From assembly GCA_965603825.1 (NCBI GenBank), contig CBFDEM010000011.1, positions 1,116,704-1,180,703 of the forward strand: a DNA stretch of 64,000 nt, in the 5' to 3' direction. The position numbers and the translations under genes are program-made. Origin of the DNA: Blepharisma stoltei ATCC 30299 (Eukaryota > Protista > Ciliophora). This document shows positions 51,719 to 62,100 of the stretch, in pieces. How positions within the stretch are numbered: the first letter of the stretch is position 1; each line of letters starts with the position of its first letter. The notes under the pieces are model-generated. The model was not told the origin of the DNA, did not search any database, and was given only the letters and a program-made list of their open reading frames with translations.

Positions 51719-51984
51719 ATGTCAACCTGGACGATAAGAATTGAAGATAAGGAAGGAAATTCACGCTCAATGCAAGTAAATAGCTCTTGAACTTATGCTC
51801 AACTCCACGGAGAGCTTTTAAATTGCTTCAGAATCGAAATGCAACTCCAACTGTGATTTATAATAATAATACTGGGGACAAGTATTTGAATTTGGAGAGA
51901 TCAGGTGGACGCACTTTGGAACAGCTGGGCTTTCGGAATAGCTGCTTAGTTAAACTTCTTGAGAAAATGAGAGGAGGAAATTAA
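51719..51984 (+). CDS. Divergent ubiquitin-like modifier 2 ending MRGG-N (apparent 1-nt frameshift near 51820)
   Basis: MSTWTIRIEDKEGNSRSMQVNSSWTYAQLHGELL joins KLLQNRNATPTVIY...RTLEQLGFRNSCLVKLLEKMRGGN. Relative to paralog 3, one A is missing from TTTTAAAATTG. Confidence 0.75.
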
Positions 51985-52440
51985 GCTAATTTATATTTAT
52001 AAGTGTGAGTTTTAATATAAAATTAAAGTTATCATTGATTTTTTATCAAAATTGCATTTTTAAAGCATATAAAGGACTAGACACATGCGCTCTCGAGTTT
52101 ATTATGCAGGATAATTAATTAGTTAAAAAAATGAATAGAATTCATCACTTCAGTTTTGACGATAATGCTCTATTTTGACAAAATTTAGTCTTTTTAGATT
52201 TTTATAAATTTATAAAAAGTCTTGCAATTATGCTTACCTCCAAGCAAAATTGTTGTTTCTCTAAAAAAGATCAAACTTTGTCTATCCCAAATCAATTAAA
52301 TCTCTAGTTCTCTATATTAATACCTTGCTTTTAAAACCCTGCTTTCATTTATTTATTATCCATTTTATCTATTAGCAGCTCAATTAATTTTTAAAATTCT
52401 ACAATTTTAAACAAAGATTTTAGTATTTTATAATTATTAA

Positions 52441-52695
52441 ATGCCTACCTTGACTATAAGAGTTGAAGATATGGAAGGAAATGTACGCATACAGCAAGTA
52501 GATAGCTCTTGAACTTATGCTCGACTTCACGAAGAGCTTTTAAAATTGTTTGAGAATCCAAACTCAACACCGACTGTGATTTGCAATAGTAAGTATATGA
52601 ACTTGGCGATATCAGGTGGACGTACTTTGGAAGAGCTGCGCTTTGAAAACAACTGTTCACTCCAACTTCTTGAGAAAATGAAAGGGGGAAATTAA
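52441..52695 (+). CDS. Divergent ubiquitin-like modifier 3, intact, 84 aa, ending MKGG-N
   Basis: MPTLTIRVEDMEGNVRIQQVDSSWTYARLHEELLKLFENPNSTPTVICNSKYMNLAISGGRTLEELRFENNCSLQLLEKMKGGN, with one TGA=Trp. It shows a beta-grasp pattern, a GRTL motif and C-terminal di-Gly. Confidence 0.82.
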
Positions 52696-54225
52696 GCTAA
52701 TTTATATTTAAAATTATGAGTTTTTACATAAAATTAAAGCATCTCGAAAATGGGCTTAGTATTGAATTTTCATTAAAAATTGCATTTTTATAAAGGAATA
52801 GGTAATATGCATTCTCGAGTTTATTAGAATTAAATATTAAAAAATAAATAGAATTCATCACTTCAGTTATTGACGAAAATTATCTATGTTGCCAAATTTA
52901 ATTTCTCTAGATTTTTATAAATTTATAATATCCTAGACTTGACTTTCTATGTAATAAATTCTCCTTACCTTTCCTTAAAAACATCAAATTTATAAATAGA
53001 TTTTACCACTCATATAGCACAAATTCATGCTGCAGGCTTAGAATACTTTTATTAGTATAAATTTTCAAGAAATATATCTTATCAGTGCAAAGGGTAAGAT
53101 AATAAATCCAAAGCGTCATGTTCCTTAAAAAATCAAAATTTTAAATAGACAAAAGTTGGCTTTGGTATATATAAACTTTGCGAGCCTTTTTAGCTTTATA
53201 TAGATCAATCCTGGATATTTATCATCTGTGGCCCTTTTGGATATCTCAGCTAAGCCAATATATATTGATTTGATCACACCTGATGAATCAAATTGGATTA
53301 ATTAAGCTAAAAAATAGGAATTTACAGACTATTCTCATTTATGATCACAAATCAGATTAAAAAGATAATGATTAATTTTAAGAATAACATTGGTAGAATT
53401 AGAAGCCAGAGATCATCGTATTATTGAACTATTATAAATTATATATAACTTATTCACTTTTATAGGTCGGCCTTATTAAAAATGCAAATACTCTAATGAA
53501 ATTCACATCTTTTGCATCCTAAGATTAAAATATTATTTTATCAAATTAATTTTGATAGATTTTAATGAGTTTTCATTTTGGTTGAGAAATGGCTAGAAAG
53601 GAAGGTTTTCAATAATAAAATAATTAAGGAAATTCGCGAATAATGCATATCTATAGATAATCCATCAGCTATTCTTTAGAAACACATATAAAGCATGAAT
53701 CGCTAAAATATGTTTCAATTAATAGACTTTTCTGGACATAGCATATGATTAATAGTATCTCATATTCAAGCAATTTACAATTAGTCTGGGGAAGAGCTCT
53801 ATCTCCCTGAAGCTTCTTACACTGAGTTTTTTTGCTTATATCTTTTTATAATTAACTATCTCCAAAAAAAAGTTTAGCCTCTTCTGAAATTTGATCCCCC
53901 AGGAGTGAAGGATATATAAACAAATCTAAATACCATTTAGTCATATTAATATATGAATAATTATAATTTTTGCGTATGCATTTCAGCAAAATTAAGCTTT
54001 CTCAAATATATTTGTTTCATTATATCAACCTTAAGTTCGCAAAACCTGACCATATAATTAATTTTACTAACTTGGAATTGAAAATTTGTCCATAAGTTGC
54101 AACCAGCATTTGAAGGTTCAGCAGATAAATGGCTTTAGACAAACCTTTAGTAATTACACTTTAAAGATTAAATAAAGCACAATTAAATTAAAAAATATAT
54201 GCAGCTGAAAGAAAAATAAAGATAA

Positions 54226-55218
54226 TTATATAGAATTACCTAATTTTAAATAAAAAAGTATATAAGCATGATTATAGTCAGGAGGATCTTCTGTCACAAA
54301 AGCGTCATTAAACTTATACCATTTTCCATTATCACAAGTATAAGCAATATAGTGGCCACATTGCCCGCCTCCATAATAGCATATTAAAGCATATAGTCTA
54401 TAGTCACTTTCCTGGAAATTTATTTCTGTCTCAAGTTTTCTATTCTTATTCGAAGTATCAGTAACATAAAATACCAAAATTTCTGGCATTTCTAAAGAAT
54501 CTACTGCGATTGTAGAGCTGGTTATTTCCTGACAAACTTCGCATTGCAAATTTAATTTATCTTTTTTGCTTTTTATGTTTTCTAAACATATTTTTGCATT
54601 TTATTTATCCTTTGGAGCTATAATAAAAAATAATGATTTATCTGATTTTATAACTTTATGGCCTTTCTGGCATGTAAAAGTTTGGTTTTTTGTGATCTGA
54701 AATCTTTTTTCCTCATGGCTAAATTCTTGTATATATATATCTATTAGAATATTATAAAGCTCTTTACAGTCGTTCTGGGCATTAAGTTCGTACTAAATAT
54801 TGTTTACCGTAGGAAATTTTTCTTTAAGTGTATTTAAAAAATTTATAATGCCTGGTTTAAAATCACTTGATGAGATACGGGAAAGCATAAGGTAAAAAAT
54901 TATTAATAAATTTCTGAATAAAATGGTGTTAGATTTCGATATGAAATCTACAAAATTTGGAGTGCTTGCTAGAACTTGGAGTACAGAATTTAAATAGCAG
55001 GTATTTCCATAGTTAGGAATTCCACTCTTTCTAGAGCATTGATTTCCAAAAGACAAATTTTCTAGCTCTTGATAATCTCTAGAGTCCTTTAGCTTTTTGT
55101 TTTGTTTATTTTTACGATTTCTCAATCATGCTACTAGTTTTGGGAAAAAATAAATAATAACTAATATTGCAACTATATATCCTCCTCTTTTAGCAAAATA
55201 CTTAATATCATAGCTCAT
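54226..55218 (-). pseudogene. USP/peptidase C19 protease B with an N-terminal TM anchor; intron 54793-54807; in-frame TAA at 54601-54603
   Basis: ATG 55218 gives MSYDIKYFAKRGGYIVAILVIIYFFPKLVAW. Cys box GIPNYGNTCYLNSVLQ, then QND, GHYIAY and FND. A single internal TAA with the frame preserved on both sides. Confidence 0.75.
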
Positions 55219-55589
55219 TTAATTTTCATAGAAATTTAGCTTAAATTAAATATTAAACATAAAACTCAGAAAGCAAACATATCTGCGCTTTAGGAAATTT
55301 AGAGTCCAAATTTAATAAATTAAACTCAAATTTTTTATACCTTGTAAAAGTTTTCAATACTTTATGTATTGGCTAAGAAAGCCTAAACATATCAATATAT
55401 AAATGTAATTATTAAATCCAAATTATGAGAAACTAGAATTACTTGATGAGATTAACAATTATAACATTTGAAATTCTAGAGCTGAGAGAAGCTGCAGTAG
55501 CAAGCACCCCAATATTGGACTCCAATAGTGTGAGCATTCATATAAGTTAAAAAAACACTTTGAAATCAGACTACTTTCAGAGGCTTCTT

Positions 55590-55737
55590 AAAGAGAATGA
55601 TTGTAAAGAACTATTTATTATCATTATAAATTTATGTATGGAAAATTACCAAAGTGATATGCTTATAATAAACAAAAAACAAGCAATATTCTGTGAAAAT
55701 GGTAACAGGTAGAATTATCTGAATCTCAATTATTTTA
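55590..55737 (+). pseudogene. Relic fragment of a USP gene (paralog of USP C)
   Basis: KENDCKELFIIIINLCMENYQSDMLIINKKQAIFCENGNR* aligns with KENSCEELYTIIINIFMEFCHSEMFLINKNQAIICENNHR at ~57694-57813. Confidence 0.78.
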
Positions 55738-56170
55738 GATAATAAAATATATATAGAAGAATAGCTAGATAAGCTTTGAGTGCAAAATTATCAGATTCAA
55801 AGATATAGTCAGAATCAGTGTCTTGCATGCTCTTTCCCGATATTTCAATGTAAAATTTACCTAAAAGTTGGGTGTAAAATCAGCTAATTTTTGATAATTT
55901 ATAAATCATTCCATTAATATAGATATAATCGAAATATAGAAATTCAATTGATAAATAAATATTCTTAAAAATCCACCTTAATGCATATGTGTAATATTTT
56001 TCTATTGTTTTGATAATTAAGCTCAATTCTTTATTATAGAGAATTAAACCTAAATGCAAAATAATAACCTTTGTTTAATAATCTGATAAGCTATGTTTAT
56101 ATAAAATCTTACGATTTCATATCTCCAGCAGCAAATAATTAAAATGTCTATTATAATTCTATAAATTTAT

Positions 56171-58236
56171 ATGTCAGAAGAGCTTAAAAAAGCAGTTTAT
56201 ATTCTTGCAACGATCAATCAGCATATAAAATTTCCTTTCAAAAATCCATGTTTAAGCAAAATTTTTCAAAATGCTTTTACCTCAGGCATTGATAATGAAG
56301 ATCTTAGACTACTTGAAAAATACACATTGCCATTGCCAAGCTTTGATAGCGCATATCATATTGTAAAGGATATCATTAGATTCCAGAAATGAGAAGATAT
56401 TTTTGCTTGGCCGAACAAATTATTGCAACCATTTCAAGTATCTGACATACCTAAAAAAATTCAAAAAGTTGCATTTTTTTGCGTTTGCACTAATAAGGAT
56501 TATATAGAGGAAATAGAAGGCTACAACTTAATTGTAAAACTTGTTCTACCTGAAGGGATTTTACAATGTAAATACTGAGAAGAATGAAAGAGCTGCTCAT
56601 CTTCTCAGGAAATGGACAAAAATAGTAAGCCTAAAATCTATTCCGCAATTTTTGGCTTTGTTAAAAACTGAGGAGTGATTCCAAAAAATGAAGAAACGGC
56701 AGAGAATGAAATAGAAAAAGTGGAAGATGAAGAAGCAAGAATAGAAAAAATTGAAGATAACCCTCAATATTTTGAAGAAAATGATACTAAAAATATAAAT
56801 GCGGACCAAATAAATGAAAAATTCAAACAAATAGAAGAGCTATCTAAATGCAAACAAAGCAATGAAAGCAATGAAAGCCTCCAAGCTGAGCTAATAAGAG
56901 TAAAAATTGAAAATAAAAAAGCGTGCAATGATATAAGTGAAATAAAAGCAATGATAGAGGACGTGAGAAATTCTTTGAATGAAAAAATAGATGAGACTAA
57001 CATAAATTTAAAAAAAGTTTAAATTATTTAAAAGAAGGACTAGATAAAGATCAATTATTTATGGAAAATGTCCTTGAAAATTGCCAAAGTAATTTAAATC
57101 AACTTAAGTATTACAGAAATAGCTCAAATTATGCACCAAAAAATAAAAATCGCGATTTTTCTTTAAATTTTAATGTTGTTTCTGATAATTTTCAATGCAT
57201 CAATCAAACTGTTCAAGATTATATCCAAAAATTCAATCAACTGGAAATTAAATGCAATTCATTAGTAGATATATGCAATAAAATGATAATTGAGAATGAT
57301 AGCAAAGATTCATCATTAAAGGCGAAAATTGATGAAATTGAAGAAAAGATCAAGAAAGTTTCAATATCAAATGGAAATGAATTAATTTCAAGCCCAAAAA
57401 ATGCTCCTGACTTAAAAATTATAAATAACAACACTCCAAAAAGGAAAAAAAGGGGGTTAACCAATATAGGGAATAGTTGCTATCTGAATTCAGTTTTACA
57501 GATCTTTGCAAGTGTTCAAAATTTCGTAGAAAATATAAGAAACATTGAGAATGACTTATTTTATTGCTTAGGTGATGTACTATCGTCGATAACAGATCCC
57601 TACTCTATAAAAATAGACGAAAAATTAAGAAAACTAAGAAAATTGGTTACTAGCGAATATCCTATGGTAATTTATATATAGTTTGATGGAAATAAAGAAA
57701 ATAGTTGCGAAGAATTATATACTATCATAATAAATATATTTATGGAATTTTGCCATAGTGAAATGTTTTTAATAAACAAAAATCAAGCGATAATTTGTGA
57801 AAATAACCACAGGTCAGAATTACCTGAGCATCAACTATTTTTAACTATACCCGATAATGAATTGTCATTTGTAGAATGGCTAAATCAGCTTGAAAATGAG
57901 AAAAAATTATTTAGTGGAGATAATAATTTATTCTGTGAAACTTGTGGACAGAGATCTGACTCAGAGATTGTGACAGAAAGAATTGAGACTCATGAAATTT
58001 TAGCTTTTTATAATGGCAAAAGTAAAAATTTGATTGAAAATGCTCCTAATTCTGTTTCTTTAGGGGAAAATCAGTATGAAATATTCGGAATAATTGTGTA
58101 CAGTGGAAGACACTACATAGCTTATACAAAAGAAGAGGGAATTTGAAATGAGTATAATGATAATGAAGTCACAGCAAATAAGCATCCAAATCCAAATAAT
58201 AGCTATATGCTGTTTTATAAAAAAACTTACAATTAA
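56171..58236 (+). CDS. USP/peptidase C19 protease C: unknown N-domain, coiled coil, catalytic domain; intron 57667-57681; apparent 1-nt frameshift in the A run at ~57010-57016
   Basis: Read-through of several TGA=Trp codons. Cys box GLTNIGNSCYLNSVLQ, His box SGRHYIAY, W(TGA)NEYND and SYMLFY, ending at TAA 58234-58236. Confidence 0.82.
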
Positions 58237-58380
58237 TTAGTTTTTCATTTATCAAATTTTTAATAAATTATATTTATTTAATTTAAACTATCACTACAAA
58301 ATTTATAGTAAATAATTTTTCATCGTCAAAAATCATAAATTATTATGATTTACTTTCCATAATAATTATTTTAGAATAAA

Positions 58381-58818
58381 TTAAACTGCATAAGTCTGCG
58401 TCCACATCCTAGCTACATTTTCATATGCTTCTTTATCAGCATTTCTGATTGTCGTGGCATCATTAAGGTATCCATCCTCAGTGCTAGGTTCACTCATGAG
58501 TACACAAATACTGTCAATGATCGACTCTACTGTTGTTGCACTTTGCCACTTGTAATTTAATAGCATCGTACAAGCTTTGCCATTCGAGTCCACGTTTGGG
58601 TGGAAAATAATCGTTTTGAAGTAAAATTCTGGAGGACTTTGAGGGAAGTCTCGAGGGAAAAGAATCTCGAATTGGAATCTTCCACCTTCAAAAGGAGTTT
58701 CTGGAGGTCCTATTAGTATCCCACCTCAGTGATAGAAATCATTGTCGATTAAATGGACTGATAATCCGTCGGTTGGGTCTTCACAGATCTTTGCGAAATC
58801 AGCCTGGAGCTTTTGCAT
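58381..58818 (-). CDS. Divergent E2 conjugating enzyme (145 aa)
   Basis: ATG 58818 gives MQKLQADF...FYHW(TGA)GGILIGPPETPFEGG...FHPNVDSNGKAC. The track shows only the 3' half. Confidence 0.92.
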
Positions 58819-59143
58819 ATATGTAGAATTATAAATAATGAATTTCTTTATTAGGGATATAAAGAAATGAAAAAGTTTAAAATAAATGAATTAGGAAATA
58901 CATACTGTGTTTTCAAGTCTTCATTTTTATATAATAGAGTCTCAATGTCTTTTAATAGGTATTTTTCTATGAATTCTAACAATTTGGCGAATTAGGCTCA
59001 AAGTCCCTTAATTTTTTAGACTCAGGAATTTTGCCTAATTTGATTTTTCCATAAACTCGTTCTTATTATATCTCCCTGCTCATATTTTCATCTTTATGCA
59101 CACTTTTAACTGAGAATTAAGGATTCTACATTTTCTGTTAATA

Positions 59144-62100
59144 ATGTCAAGTCAAGATCATCTCTATTCGCGCTCAATCGCTGCTATTGGGATGGCGACT
59201 CAAAAAAAGCTTTTCACCATGCGAGTCTTGATTTCTGGTCTCCGAGGAGTCGGTCTGGAAATCGCTAAAAACTTGATCTTAGCTGGCCTCAACACAGTAA
59301 CTTTACATGATGATTCTGTAATTTCGCTCTATGACTTAGGGACCAATTTCTACATAAATGAGTCTCATATAAACCAAAATCGAGCTGAATCAGTCGTCTC
59401 CAAGCTCCAAGAGCTCAACCCAAATGTCTCAGTTAGCATCTACAAAGGAGAAATTACCCAAGAAGTTATTTCTCAACACTCATTGGTGATTCTTACAGAA
59501 AGTGACAGCACCACGCTCAGAAGGGTGAATTCCATTTGTAGAGAGCTAAATCCTCAGGTAGGCTTTATATCTGTTGAAGCCTGAGGAGTGACTGGACATA
59601 TTTTTGTAGATTTTGGGGATAGTTTCGAAGTTTCTGATAGAAAATGGACAGACTTGAAGAGCTATATTATTACCAATATAAGCAAAAGCAATCCTGGAGT
59701 TATAATGATAGAGTTGAGGCAAAGACAAATACTTCAGACTGGAGACTATGTAAGGTTCAAAGATGTCGAAGGAATGACTCCTCTTAATGATGGCAGAGAA
59801 AGAAAGGTCACTTATATAGGCCGGGACAGCTTTTCAATAGATGAAGACACCACAGAATACCCAGATTATATAAAATATGGAATAGTTGAAGAGGTCAGAA
59901 AACCTTTCCATTATGATTTTCGGCCTTATGAAGTCTCTATAAAAAATCCTGAAGAATTAAAGCCTTTCATACAGTCTGATCACTCAAAAGAAAACAGGCC
60001 TTCCCATCTGCATTTAGCTATGCTCGCAATCAGAAAATTCCAAGAAGTTCATGGATTTCTCCCTGAAGTCCACAATGAAGACCACGCAAACCTCTGTGTG
60101 ACTTATGCAAGGGAAATCATTGAGGCTGCTTCACAAGAGATTTTTATAGATGCAGTTGACGATACCATCATTAAAAGCGTCGCAAAATATGCAAGACTGC
60201 AAATTCCTCCAGTTACTTCTATATTTGGAGGAATTGCAGCTCAAGAAGTCATTAAATTCACAGGGAAATTTACTCCAATCCAGCAGTGGTTACATATGGA
60301 CTGGCTTGAGCTGATTCAGCCAACTGCAAGCATTGTTGACTCAAGATATCATGATCTCCAAGCAATAATAGGAGAAGAAGGACTAAACAAGCTTAAATCA
60401 GTCAATTTATTTATGGTCGGGTCTGGAGCCTTGGGCTGTGAATTGTTACAGCTTTTTGCATTATCTGGAATTTGCTGTGGGGATGGAGAACTTACTGTCA
60501 CTGATGACAATAATGTAAAAGTCTCCGATTTGACAAGGCAGTTTTTATTCAACTTGACTAATGTGGGGCAATCCAAAAGTGAATGTGCTACAAGGATAGC
60601 GAAAATCATGAACCCAGAAATGAATGTCACTGCTTTGAAAAGCAGAGCTTGCCCAGAAACAGAAAACTTGTTTAACGATAGGTTTTGGGAGAAATTAAAT
60701 GCAGTTTTTGGGGCTGTGGATAATATAGCTGCACGAATTTATATTGACCAAAAATGTGTTTGGTATAAAAAGCCTCTCTTTGAAAGTGGAACAAAAGGGA
60801 CAAAAGCGAAATCTCAAGTAATCATTCCATTTTTAACCCAAACATATTCAGATATCCCATGGAAGCATGAAAAGAAAATCTTAACGGATAATCTATATTT
60901 TCCATATGCAATTTCTCACTGTATCGAGTGGTCTCGAGAAAAATTGTTAGATTACTTTACTTCTGGTCCTGGAGAGCTAAATAAGTACTTGGAAAACCCT
61001 GAGGCTTATATGCAAAAACTACGAAGCATGAACAATGCTGGAACACAAGTTGTCCAGCTAAAACAACTTAAAAAATATTTAGAGCTTTCTAAAATAAGTA
61101 GCTTTGATGATTGTATTGCTACCGCAAGACATAAGTTTAATAAGCTGTTTAATGAAAAAATTAGAACCTTATTACATCAATTTCCCCCTGGTAGTGATTT
61201 TTGGTCAAGGACTAGGAGATTGCCTGAGCCTTGCATTTTTGACACAGAAAAAGAAAATCATATAGGCTTCATAGAAGCTTATGCGAATTTGGTAGCCTTT
61301 AACCTTAACATCCCACAGAATAGAGACAGGAATTACATAAAAGAAGTAGCGTCTAAGGTCCAAGTTAGGGAGTTTGCCCCAAAAAAAGCCTATATGAAAT
61401 TAGACGATAATGAGGGCCAGCAGCCAATCGAAAAATCTGACATAGAATTAAGAGAAGAATTGCTGAGTTGGGTCGAAGAATTTTCATTAGAAAATGTCAA
61501 GCCAATGACACCAATTGCATTTGAAAAAGATGATGATACTAATTTCCATATTGATTTTATCCACAATGCTTCAAGTTTGAAGGCGAATAATTTCAAAATT
61601 TCTACAATAGAAAGACACCAAACCAAGGTTAGTGCTGGAAGAATCATCCCAGCTCTGGCTACAACAACTGCAGTTATTGCTGGAATTGAGGTAATTGAAT
61701 TTATTAAATATACTATTGGGCTAGAATTAAAAAAAATGAGGGATTGCTTTATGAATTTGGCAAGCCCGCTTATCCTTTTTCCAGAGCCTCAGCCTGCAAT
61801 AGTGATTAAATCTGTTGAATATGATGAAGTTTTTGCTGCTCCCAAGAGGGCATATAATGATGGCTTTACCAAATGGGATAATATTGTTATTGATGGGCCT
61901 TGCACAATGGGAGAGCTAATCGGCACTTTGAAAGAAAAATACAAGGTTTCACCATTACAGATCGCCTGTGGAAAGTTCTGCTTGTTTAATCACTATTCAA
62001 GAGATAATAAAGATGAGCTGCTTAGAAGAGAAGTTTATGAGCTATATAAAGAAATTAGTGGAGACAAAACAGGGGGTAAAAAGTCGATTGGTCTCATGTT

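Larger units (their letters stand above)
51512..52928 (+). repeat. Diverged tandem duplication of a ~0.7-kb unit carrying Ubl 2 and Ubl 3
   Basis: Shared flanks: AAAAAAGATCAAACTTTG (~51527 and ~52263), ATTATTAAATG starts, GGAAATTAAGCTAATTTATATTT ends, and AATAGAATTCATCACTTCAGTT (~52134 and ~52847). Confidence 0.88.

Noticed and set aside
52930-54220. Retained IES or hidden gene in the long AT-rich spacer
   Set aside because: I found no convincing ORF even with UGA=Trp. TA-bounded IESs cannot be identified without MIC/MAC read comparison.
42180-57020. Programmed ribosomal frameshifting (Euplotes-like) in E1a, Ubl2 and USP C
   Set aside because: The sites share no slippery-plus-stop motif and need -1 rather than +1 shifts. 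Homopolymer error or mutation is simpler.
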